Source: an uncultured Coriobacteriales bacterium
GTDB lineage: Bacteria > Actinomycetota > Coriobacteriia > Coriobacteriales > UMGS124
NCBI GenBank assembly: GCA_934654475.1
Contig: CAKUFZ010000008.1
Coordinates: 2,361-66,360, forward strand
Direction of reading: 5' to 3'
DNA length: 64,000 nucleotides
Shown here: in pieces, positions 55,610-63,778 of the stretch
Layout: each line of letters opens with the position of its first letter
How positions within the stretch are numbered: position 1 is the stretch's first letter
The notes under the pieces: generated by a model
Told to the model about the DNA's origin: nothing
Database searches by the model: none
Seen by the model: only the letters and a program-made list of their open reading frames with translations
Translations under genes and position numbers: made by a program

Positions 55610-56416
55610 ATGAGCGAGAACACGATGGCCGAGACGCTAGATACCCAGGCCGAGGCCACCTCCGCCGACGCCGCCGCACAGGCTGAGCAGGCTGCGACTG
55701 CCGTTCCCGAGGAGGTTGCCGCTGCCCTTGAGGGCCGCGCCGCCTTCTACGAGACGCTTGCAGGCCTTTTCTGGATGCCGCTTACCGCCGAGCAGGTAGA
55801 GGCCATGGCCAACCAGGACTTCTCCGCCTATGCCGAGCTCAACGAGGACTTCGCCGACGGCGTGAACGACATCACGCGCTACCTGCGCAAGCGCAACACC
55901 GGCACGCGCGACGAGATGGCCGTGGACTTCACGGGCACCTTCACGGGCATCAAGACCTACGAGGGCAAGACCGCCGTGCCGTACAAGTCGGTCTTCACGA
56001 GCGAAGACGGCCTTATGTACCAGGAGGGTTTCCGCGAGGTGTACCACGCCTTCAAGGCTGAGGCCATCAAGAAGCGCGCCGGGCTCGACTACCCCGACGA
56101 CCACATCTCGTTCCTCTGCCAGTTCATGGCCATCATGAGCCGCCGCACGCTCGAGGCCCTGCAGGCCGGCGACTACGACAAAGCCGCCCACGACGTGAAG
56201 GCCTCCGCCGACTTCCTCGACAACAACATCCTCTCCTGGTACGACCAGCTCATGGAGCGTTCGCTGTTGCTCATCAAGACCCGCTTCTACAAGGGTGTCA
56301 TGAAGCTTGCACGTGGCTTCTTCACGCTCGACCGCGAGACGCTGGCCGACCTGGCCGATGAAGTTGCCGAGCTTGCCGAGGCGGCCAAGAAGGCCGAAGG
56401 GACCCCTGCCGAGTAA
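55610..56416 (+). CDS. TorD/DmsD-family redox enzyme maturation chaperone
   Basis: RAAFYETLAGLFWMPLT and PDDHISFLCQFMAIM are typical TorD-like segments. GGAGAGGAA SD upstream. Confidence 0.75.
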   Translation: MSENTMAETLDTQAEATSADAAAQAEQAATAVPEEVAAALEGRAAFYETLAGLFWMPLTAEQVEAMANQDFSAYAELNEDFADGVNDITRYLRKRNTGTRDEMAVDFTGTFTGIKTYEGKTAVPYKSVFTSEDGLMYQEGFREVYHAFKAEAIKKRAGLDYPDDHISFLCQFMAIMSRRTLEALQAGDYDKAAHDVKASADFLDNNILSWYDQLMERSLLLIKTRFYKGVMKLARGFFTLDRETLADLADEVAELAEAAKKAEGTPAE

Positions 56417-56471
56417 CGCAAAGCTTGCCTGTCCTTTCAAGGCATCCAAAAATATAGTTGAGCTGCCACTT

Positions 56472-56499
56472 TTGCCCTCTCCTCTTTTTTGCGTACAAT
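56472..56499 (+). promoter_or_regulatory. Candidate promoter for the second LuxR gene (-35 TTGCCC, 16-nt spacer, -10 TACAAT)
   Basis: TACAAT at 56494-56499 and TTGCCC at 56472-56477. Confidence 0.35.
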
Positions 56500-56532
56500 C
56501 ATGTGCGTGCATTCAAGGGGAGAGGGTTTTGT

Positions 56533-58113
56533 ATGGGGCAGACGAGCGCTTCTGAGGGGAAGCGAGGGTTAACCGAAGAGCTGGCGACGCGCTGGCCGTC
56601 GTTGCCGTTCATGGCGTTTGGCGTGTGGACCGCCTGGTCGTCGCTTACCTATTCCGGGTCGCTGTGGCTTTCTGACAACGAGGTCAACGGGTTCTATCTG
56701 TCGTTGCTGTTCGTCATCTCCACCATGGCGTGCGCTGCCGTGTTCCTTGGGGCGCCGTTCTTTGCCCGCCGCCATGCCGATAAGGGCGACGTCTCGAATC
56801 GTGCTGTCATGGGACTCGGTCTCACGGCCGCTCTGGGTGCCTTCCTCATCATCCTCGCTGGCCCGTACTGGCTGGGCGTTTCCCGCCAAGCAACCTCTGT
56901 GTTTGTAGTCGGAGCCCTTATGACGGGTGTTGGCACGGCCGGCATCGGTCTGCGCTGTGCGACGCTCTATGGCGGGCTGCCGCCGCGCAGGGCGCTCATC
57001 GTGGCGGCATTGTCGCAGCTTGTGGCTTCGTTTATCTATTTTGTTGTGCTGGAGACCCCTGCATGGGCTCCCATTGCCCATGGTCCCTCGCTTGCCCATA
57101 TCCTGGCGTTCACGTTGCTGCCAGTGATTGCCGCCTGGCTTTCGTGCATCAAGCCGTCGCGCGAGTCGCTCTTTGAGGAGGGGGTTCGCCAGTACCCGGC
57201 AAACAGCGGCGCGCTGCCTTCGGCGTTTTGGCGTTTTACGGCCTTTGCGTTTGCGCTTGCCCTCATCACCACGTTCATCCGTTCCTCCATGGTGACGGTG
57301 AGTGCGCTTGCCAACACGGTCGAGGGCAACAACGTGCTGCAGCTCCTGCGTATCGCGATGGTGCTCGTCGTGATCGCCTGGACGCTGCGCTCCGACGCCC
57401 AGGGGTTCGACCTGGGGCGCGTTTGCTCGCTTGCCACGGTGCTTGCCGCCGTGGTCACTGCTTGCTCGGCGGCTCTGGGCGGAACCACGAGTGCGCTCAG
57501 TGTGATCGTGTACTTTGCCAGCAGCATCTTCGAGTTCTTCATGTGGTGCCTGCTTGCCTTCATCGTGTACCAGAAGCACATCTCGCCGCTTGCCGTGTTC
57601 GGCTTCGGCCGCGGCCTCTTCATGCTCGGTTGCGCCCTGGGTTGGGCGCTTGGTATCGTCGCGATGCCGATCATCGAGGCGGCCTCGGCGCAGGTGGTTG
57701 TGAGCATCGTGCTTGCCGGTGCCATCATCATCTTGTGGCTTGCCCTGTTCTCGGGCAAGGACTACGAGCGCCTCTTCTCCACGGTGGGCGAGGACGAGCT
57801 GTCGCTGGAGGACCTCTTTGAAATCGATCAGCGCCCTGACGAAGGCACCGAGGCGGGCCAGCCCAAGTCGGAGCGCAAAGGCAAGTTCGGCCAGGCAGTG
57901 GAGGCAGTCGCGGGCCGCAACGCCCTCTCTGCCCGCGAGGCTGACGTGCTGCGCTACCTTGCCATGGGCTATGGCTCGGACCGCATCGCCCAAACCATGG
58001 GCGTCAAGGTGAACACCGTGCGCACCCACACCCACAACGTCTACGTCAAGCTCGACGTCCACTCCCGCGAGGAACTCATGCGCCTGGTAGACGACGAAGT
58101 GGCGGGGATGTAG
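56533..58113 (+). CDS. Membrane-embedded LuxR-family transcriptional regulator (second paralog)
   Basis: Multi-TM N-domain. The C-terminus reads LSAREADVLRYLAMGYGSDRIAQTMGVKVNTVRTHTHNVYVKLDVHSREELMRLV. Confidence 0.8.
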   Translation: MGQTSASEGKRGLTEELATRWPSLPFMAFGVWTAWSSLTYSGSLWLSDNEVNGFYLSLLFVISTMACAAVFLGAPFFARRHADKGDVSNRAVMGLGLTAALGAFLIILAGPYWLGVSRQATSVFVVGALMTGVGTAGIGLRCATLYGGLPPRRALIVAALSQLVASFIYFVVLETPAWAPIAHGPSLAHILAFTLLPVIAAWLSCIKPSRESLFEEGVRQYPANSGALPSAFWRFTAFAFALALITTFIRSSMVTVSALANTVEGNNVLQLLRIAMVLVVIAWTLRSDAQGFDLGRVCSLATVLAAVVTACSAALGGTTSALSVIVYFASSIFEFFMWCLLAFIVYQKHISPLAVFGFGRGLFMLGCALGWALGIVAMPIIEAASAQVVVSIVLAGAIIILWLALFSGKDYERLFSTVGEDELSLEDLFEIDQRPDEGTEAGQPKSERKGKFGQAVEAVAGRNALSAREADVLRYLAMGYGSDRIAQTMGVKVNTVRTHTHNVYVKLDVHSREELMRLVDDEVAGM

Positions 58114-58116
58114 GCC

Positions 58117-58317
58117 TTAGAAGCCTTGTTCCTCCACCATCGATATAAGCTCTTGCTTGGAATGGACTCCGAACTTGGCGTAGATGCGTTGGACATGCGT
58201 CTTTACTGTGGCGTCGGAGATGAAAAGCTCTCCGCGGATGAACGACCGGTCACGACCGTGTGCAAGGAGTACGAACACGTCGGTCTCACGGGGGTCTATA
58301 GTCTGCCGGTGGGTTTG
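58117..58317 (-). pseudogene. Remnant of a LuxR-family HTH domain (no start codon, N-terminal part missing)
   Basis: My codon-by-codon translation gives QTHRQTIDPRETDVFVLLAHGRDRSFIRGELFISDATVKTHVQRIYAKFGVHSKQELISMVEEQGF*. It is bounded upstream by an in-frame TGA at 58318-58320. No plausible start codon exists. Confidence 0.6.
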
Positions 58318-58411
58318 TCAGCGGTGAACTCCGGATGAGAATCCTCCCTTGTGCTATAGTTTACTCAAAAAAGTTGACTCAAAAATATTGAGTAACATGC
58401 AAGGAGGAAAA

Positions 58412-59794
58412 ATGGGCTTTGTTGGCAGGAAGGACGAGCAAAAGAGGCTCCTCCGTGTATTTCGAGACGATGCCCAGAATGCCACGCTCGTTTATGGCCG
58501 TCGCCGCGTTGGCAAGAGTGAGCTGTTGTTGCACTGCCTTCGGCAAATTGACGTCCGGACAATCTATTACGAGTGCCGACAAACCTCTGAGGCTCTGAAT
58601 GTAAAGGGCCTCGCTGATGTCGTGGCGGAGTCGTTCGATATTCCACGCCCCGCGTTTGATGGCATTGAGGAAGCGCTAGGGTTCATATTCGAGAGGGCGA
58701 CGCGCGAGAAGATAGTGCTGGTTATAGACGAATATCCGTACCTGCGAGATGCAGTCAAAGGGATGGATTCCATCCTGCAGGTGCTTATCGACATGTATCG
58801 AAATCGCTCGCACATCTCACTGGTTGTGTGTGGCTCCTACGTCGAGGTCATGAGGTCTCTTTTGGAAAGGGAGAACCCCCTGTATGGCCGCATAGACCTC
58901 AAAATCAATCTCAAGCCGATGGACTACCTCGATTCCTCCGAGTTTTACCCGGATTTCTCTTGCGAGGACAAGGTGCGTCTCTACAGCGTGTTTGGCGGCA
59001 TCCCTTATTACAATCGTTTGATAGACCAAGATGCCACCGTACGCGAGAATCTCATTGAGTTGCTCGTGCGCCCCGACGCACGTCTTGAAGATGAAGTCTC
59101 CGCGTTCCTCTTGTCCGAGATATCCAAGATCGCCAATGCCAACGAGGTATTTTGCGCCCTGGCGGATGGGAGTTCGCGCTACAAAGACATACTCGATCAG
59201 TCGCACCTCTCCAGTCCTTCGATGCTTGCCAATGTGTTGGACAAGCTGGTCAAGATGCAGCTCGTGCAGAAGCGCGCCCCCATCAATGACATGCAGAACA
59301 AGAAGAAGTCGTCCTATGTCATCTCAGACGGCCTTTCCCTGTTTTACTATCGGTATGTGTTCCGCTATGCCTCGCAACGCAATGTGCTCGACTCTGATGT
59401 CTTTTTCGACCGTTTCGTTGCCAGCGATTTCGAGAATCGCTATGTGCCCCACGCTTTTGAGGAGGTTTGTCGACAGTATCTCGTGCGCCAGAACCGTATC
59501 GGACGCATCGAGCCGCCGTTCAATTTCATTGGCAGGTATTGGTATGACGACCCGGCGCATAAAACCAACGGTGAGTTCGATGTTGTGACGGAAGACCCAC
59601 AGGGCTATGTCTTCTATGAGGCGAAGTTCCGGAGCACTCCCGTTACGCAGACGATGATTGACGAAGAAATCTCCCAGGTGGAGGCGACCGGTCTCAATTG
59701 TCACCGTTACGGGTTCTTTTCTCGCTCGGGATTTGATGGGGTCGCAGCAAGCGATGAAATTGAGCTTATCAGTCTTGAGGACATGTACGTCTAG
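58412..59794 (+). CDS. AAA+ ATPase (Arch_ATPase-like) with a C-terminal DUF234/PD-(D/E)xK-like domain
   Basis: AAGGAGG SD upstream. Walker A GRRRVGKSELL and Walker B LVIDEYPYL. The C-terminus GEFDVV...YVFYEAKF is nuclease-fold-like. Confidence 0.75.
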   Translation: MGFVGRKDEQKRLLRVFRDDAQNATLVYGRRRVGKSELLLHCLRQIDVRTIYYECRQTSEALNVKGLADVVAESFDIPRPAFDGIEEALGFIFERATREKIVLVIDEYPYLRDAVKGMDSILQVLIDMYRNRSHISLVVCGSYVEVMRSLLERENPLYGRIDLKINLKPMDYLDSSEFYPDFSCEDKVRLYSVFGGIPYYNRLIDQDATVRENLIELLVRPDARLEDEVSAFLLSEISKIANANEVFCALADGSSRYKDILDQSHLSSPSMLANVLDKLVKMQLVQKRAPINDMQNKKKSSYVISDGLSLFYYRYVFRYASQRNVLDSDVFFDRFVASDFENRYVPHAFEEVCRQYLVRQNRIGRIEPPFNFIGRYWYDDPAHKTNGEFDVVTEDPQGYVFYEAKFRSTPVTQTMIDEEISQVEATGLNCHRYGFFSRSGFDGVAASDEIELISLEDMYV

Positions 59795-59881
59795 GTTTGA
59801 CGAATACAAGCAAGCTCCCGCGGCTCGCTCGCTTGGTTGCGAGGGACGCGGGGTTCGGTGTTCTCGATGACACCCAGTCTC

Positions 59882-61162
59882 CTAATGCGCCAGGCATCCC
59901 AAGGGGATGACGTGCACTCCGTCAGGACGTGTGTAGGCGTAACGGCCTCCGGTCACCACGGCGAGGAATGAAGGTGCACCCGTCTTCTTCTCATCGACCT
60001 TATCGGCGAGCGTCAGCAGGTTTGATGCGCCCTCATTGATTCGCGCCTCTCCGCCAAGCTTGACTTCGATGCCGCCCCAGCGTCCATCTTGCAGTCGCAC
60101 GATGATGTCGGCCTCAAGGCCACCCTTGTCACGATAGTGATAGATGCCTCCTCCCATGGTGCGTACATATACGCGCAGGTCTCGCGCACAAAGCGATTCG
60201 AACAAGTATCCCATGGTGTTGAGGTCGTTGAGGAGGCCGTCGGGGTTGGTTTCGAGCGATGCGGCCGCTAGCGACGGGTCGCATAGGTGCCATACGGCTG
60301 CGGCCCGCAAAGGGGTTTTCGACCTGAGGGTAGGTGCCCATGCCTTTGCTTCCTCGATGACGAAGAGTCGCCTTAAAGCGGTCAGATAGATGCGCAGAGT
60401 TGGTTCACTCATGCCGACGCCAACATCCTTGACGTCGGCGAGGAGAGTAGAGATGGATGCCTCCTGGGCGCTGCTGCGGGATATGGAACGCAGCAGCGCC
60501 CTGGCGCGGTCGGGGTCAAGCGTAGCTCCACTTGCTTCCGAGATGTCCGACTCGCAAAGCGCAGCGATGTAGTCAGTCGCCACGCCTGTATCGAGTGTTC
60601 CCCGTGCTATGGGTGCCGGCCATCCACCGGCGCAAATGAGCTTTGCGTAGTCCTCCACGCTGATGTTCGAGACGCCTTCGACCCTTTGTGCGCCTCCGAA
60701 GAGGTCGTTCAGCCGTACTTCGCAGCTTGACCGTCCTGACTCTTCAAGCGACATGGGATCCATGCTGACGCGCGCGATACGTCCGGTGCCCGTGTGCTTT
60801 GGGGCGTCGTCTTTGTCGAAGTTGGGCGGTGTTGCCGAGCCAGTTAGGAGGAACTGCGCCGGCTCGCCTCCCGCCATGTCGATTGCATTGATGACGGCAT
60901 CCCAGAGTACAGGTGCGACCTGCCACTCGTCGATAAGGCGCGGCTTGTCTCCGCGCAGCAGCAGCGAGGGCTGGATGGATGCCGCTTCCATGTTTGCGGC
61001 ATACGTGTCGGGGTCGCGCATCTTCAAGGCACTTGCAGCAAGCTGCTCGCAGGTCGATGTCTTTCCGCACCACTTTGGACCTCGCACAAGTACGGCTCCC
61101 GTGCGATTGAGACACTGCTTTAACTCGTTATCAATGACTCGTGGCATATAAGCCATATCCAT
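59882..61162 (-). CDS. AAA+ ATPase (AAA_14) with a C-terminal DUF4143/PD-(D/E)xK-like domain
   Basis: Walker A GPKWCGKTS and Walker B RLIDEWQ. The C-terminus reads GGLEADIIVRLQDGRWGGIEVKLG. The start may be 61156. Confidence 0.75.
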   Translation of the reverse strand: MDMAYMPRVIDNELKQCLNRTGAVLVRGPKWCGKTSTCEQLAASALKMRDPDTYAANMEAASIQPSLLLRGDKPRLIDEWQVAPVLWDAVINAIDMAGGEPAQFLLTGSATPPNFDKDDAPKHTGTGRIARVSMDPMSLEESGRSSCEVRLNDLFGGAQRVEGVSNISVEDYAKLICAGGWPAPIARGTLDTGVATDYIAALCESDISEASGATLDPDRARALLRSISRSSAQEASISTLLADVKDVGVGMSEPTLRIYLTALRRLFVIEEAKAWAPTLRSKTPLRAAAVWHLCDPSLAAASLETNPDGLLNDLNTMGYLFESLCARDLRVYVRTMGGGIYHYRDKGGLEADIIVRLQDGRWGGIEVKLGGEARINEGASNLLTLADKVDEKKTGAPSFLAVVTGGRYAYTRPDGVHVIPLGCLAH

Positions 61163-61184
61163 CCCCTTTCAACTGCGGTAATAG

Positions 61185-61276
61185 TAGCACTTTCGACTTT
61201 GGCGACGTTTGACTTTCGGATTTGGCGCAGTTTTACTTTCGGGTTTGGCGGCATTTGACTTTCGGGTTTGGCGATT
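61185..61276. repeat. Four tandem 23-bp direct repeats (iteron-like)
   Basis: ACTTTCG(A/G)(C/A/G)TTTGGCG occurs at 61189, 61212, 61235 and 61258, with exact 23-bp spacing. Confidence 0.9.
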
Positions 61277-61331
61277 GGAACAATCTGTTTGCGTTTGCGA
61301 GCGATGAAAAAACCTTTCGTCGCTGCTTTAG

Positions 61332-61384
61332 AAAACAAAGGTTATTTGATAACCTTTGTTTTTGAGAGTCGAAAACAAAGGTTA
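61332..61384. promoter_or_regulatory. Palindromic operator candidate plus a third half-site upstream of fic
   Basis: AAAACAAAGGTTAT, spacer ttg, ATAACCTTTGTTTT at 61332-61362, and AAAACAAAGGTTA again at 61372-61384. The fic ATG is at 61396. Confidence 0.55.
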
Positions 61385-61395
61385 GGCGGCAAACC

Positions 61396-62700
61396 ATGGG
61401 TGTGTATCAGTCAGATTATTGGCAGTCCTGTGGGTGGGGAATGAACCGGCGAGAGACGCAGAGCGGGACATGCCATCCGTTTTTGCCCGACAAGCTGGCA
61501 GGGCTCGATATCATGCTGACACCCGAGGCGGTCTCGGCCGTAACGCAGGCGCAGTCTGCCGTGTTGCTGCTCAACCAAGAGGCGCGTTTTCTGATCAATA
61601 CGGAACCTCTGGCGCGCTTGCTGTTGCGCTCTGAGGCGTTGGCCTCTTCTCGTATTGAGGGCTTGCAAATGAATGCTGGCAAGCTGCTCGAATTTGAGGC
61701 GCTTGACGAGCTGGGTGTGTCGCATCGGCTCGATGGTGTGGAGGCCGCGGTCATGGCAAATATCGCCGCCATGAGCGACGCGGTGGGTAACATCGGGGCC
61801 GGTGACTCGATTACGGTGGATGACATTCGTGCCGTCAATGCGACCCTGCTTCAAGGATCGCACCTTGAGGATGAAGGTGGAGTGCTGCGCACGATTCAAA
61901 ACTGGATCGGCGGTAACAATGTCAACCCGGTTGGCGCCGCCTATGTGCCGCCTCGGCCCGAGTATGTCCTGGAACTGATGGAAGACCTTGCCCAATTCTG
62001 CAACACGTCGCCTTTGCCGGCGATTTCTGTGGCGGCGATTGCGCATGCCCAGCTCGAAACGATTCATCCGTTTGCGGATGGCAATGGGCGAACGGGTCGC
62101 GCCCTTGTGCACATGTTGCTGCACCGCGCGGGCCTGACTCCGAATAGCGTCCCTCCCATCTCGCTTGTGCTGGCAACGGACAAGGCGCGCTACATCAACA
62201 ACCTGGCAGCGTTTCGATGCGATGACGGGCAATGTGAAGGGGCAGATGAAAAGGCCGCTGCGTTGCAAGGGTGCATCAGCGATTGGGTGGAGTATTTTGC
62301 CAACGCAGTGCTGCTTGCCTGTGAGCGAGCGCGGGAGTTTGAACACCGTATTGCCGATATCCAGGAAGAATGGCGCGGACGCGGCGCGATTCGCAAGAAT
62401 TCATCTGCCGATGTGCTTATCGAAGTCCTGCCAGGCAACCCTGTTGTCAGCGTCGTTTCAGCCGCTCGTCTGACAGGGAAAAGCGTCCAAGCCGCGCGTT
62501 TGGCGCTCAAGCAGCTTGAGGGCATGGGCATCCTGGTGCAGAATGCCAAGAACCGCAAGAGCAACATCTATGTTGCGCAGGAAATTTTGGATGCATTTAC
62601 GGCCTACGAGCGCGCTCTGGCGGTGCCTGGTGGCGATACATCTTCAGAAAAGCCCATGCGACCCGTGCCCCTGCGCGTCCCGCGAGACCGCCGTCCATAA
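61396..62700 (+). CDS. fic: Fic-family protein (AMPylase-type) with an N-terminal inhibitory helix and a C-terminal wHTH
   Basis: Fic motif HPFADGNGRTGRALVH. Inhibitory motif S-x-x-x-E-G in ASSRIEGL. C-terminal segment ARLTGKSVQAARLALKQLEGMGILV. Confidence 0.9.
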   Translation: MGVYQSDYWQSCGWGMNRRETQSGTCHPFLPDKLAGLDIMLTPEAVSAVTQAQSAVLLLNQEARFLINTEPLARLLLRSEALASSRIEGLQMNAGKLLEFEALDELGVSHRLDGVEAAVMANIAAMSDAVGNIGAGDSITVDDIRAVNATLLQGSHLEDEGGVLRTIQNWIGGNNVNPVGAAYVPPRPEYVLELMEDLAQFCNTSPLPAISVAAIAHAQLETIHPFADGNGRTGRALVHMLLHRAGLTPNSVPPISLVLATDKARYINNLAAFRCDDGQCEGADEKAAALQGCISDWVEYFANAVLLACERAREFEHRIADIQEEWRGRGAIRKNSSADVLIEVLPGNPVVSVVSAARLTGKSVQAARLALKQLEGMGILVQNAKNRKSNIYVAQEILDAFTAYERALAVPGGDTSSEKPMRPVPLRVPRDRRP

Positions 62701-62706
62701 ACGCGA

Positions 62707-62751
62707 AAGGCCCCGCGCTGCCTGCTGGTTTGCAGGGCGGCGCGGGGCCTT
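62707..62751. terminator. GC-rich hairpin after fic
   Basis: AAGGCCCCGCGC, loop, GCGCGGGGCCTT. No clean T-run follows. Confidence 0.4.
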
Positions 62752-63048
62752 GGTGTGCGAGGTTTGCTTGGAGTCGGAACCTTAGGCCTCGACGGCCACG
62801 AGCACGTCGGTGCTCTTCACGAAGGTAATATCGCCCGCCCATTGTAGGAGCCAATTCCCCAACGGGTACCGCATCCATGCCAGCAAGTGGCTGTGGCTCA
62901 GATTGGCGAAGACGGTCGCTTCGTGATCCTGCGATTTACAAAGATAAATTTCTTTGCCAGGTCTATTTACAATCATAAATTGCCTTGCTACACTGAGCTC
63001 AGCATCGCTGCTTACAAGTGTAAATTGCAGGTAGAAAGGATTTCTACA

Positions 63049-63651
63049 ATGAACGCGATTACTTGTGCATCAGAGTCCGTCTCTCGCCGTGATTTTCTGA
63101 AGACGACAGCCCTCACTGCTTCCGGCTTGGTTCTCGCTGGTGTCGGCTTGATTGTAAATCCCGGCCTGTCCCTCGCTGAAGAGGTTGACACAAGCACTCT
63201 GCCCTTTGCTGGCATGACGCTCGCTCAGTTTGAAGAGGCGATGAATCCAGAGCATTACGCTGGTTTGACCGAAGAGGTTAAACGAGAACTGAGCGAGTAC
63301 TATATGTATGAAACTCCTTCGGGTAATGACCAGCTCGCCCGAGCTGATACGGGCGGTTCGGTTTCGTTTTCCGATGTGAGCAGCGGTTACCAGCAAATTG
63401 CTTTTACCTCTGTTTATCGACCTGCAGTTTCCTGTTCCAGCCTGTTCATGAGGGTTACTTTGAGTCATAGCTCTGGGTACTATGAGTCCAGGGAATTTAG
63501 CGGTGCCGGCTCGGAACTGTGGGGCAGTGGCACTTTCTACAACCTTACGAGGAGTGGCACTTACACACTTGTCGCAACCGCCTATGCACCGGCGCCTCCT
63601 GCGGGTTGGTCAAGCTCGCCGAGGCAGTCGATCCGCTATATCTCAAAGTAG
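63049..63651 (+). CDS. Tat-signal secreted hypothetical protein
   Basis: MNAITCASESVSRRDFLKTTALTASGLVLAGVGLIVNPGLSLA. GAAAGGA lies upstream. No family recognised. Confidence 0.55.
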   Translation: MNAITCASESVSRRDFLKTTALTASGLVLAGVGLIVNPGLSLAEEVDTSTLPFAGMTLAQFEEAMNPEHYAGLTEEVKRELSEYYMYETPSGNDQLARADTGGSVSFSDVSSGYQQIAFTSVYRPAVSCSSLFMRVTLSHSSGYYESREFSGAGSELWGSGTFYNLTRSGTYTLVATAYAPAPPAGWSSSPRQSIRYISK

Positions 63652-63653
63652 TT

Positions 63654-63691
63654 CTTGCTCCCCAGCCAGCATTGTCTGGCTGGGGAGCAAG
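63654..63691 (+). terminator. Perfect 16-bp-stem hairpin after the secreted protein gene
   Basis: CTTGCTCCCCAGCCAG, loop cattgt, CTGGCTGGGGAGCAAG. Confidence 0.5.
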
Positions 63692-63778
63692 CCTGTTGCG
63701 ATTGTGACTATCGACTCTTGATTCTCTGGCAGTCATTGTGTGGCATTATATTGAATTATGCCGTGAGAGGGGAGCACA

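Noticed and set aside
56475-56526. CCCTCTCC (56475-56482) could pair with the SD GGAGAGGG (56519-56526) of the second LuxR gene as an anti-SD switch.
   Set aside because: The best promoter candidate (-10 TACAAT at 56494-56499) would start transcription downstream of the left arm. The hairpin would then be absent from that mRNA. It would matter only for read-through transcripts, so it is too speculative to report.
62782-62976. 64-aa ORF on the minus strand (MIVNRPGKEIYLCKSQ...).
   Set aside because: It has a weak ribosome-binding context, no recognisable family, and is short. It was left unannotated.
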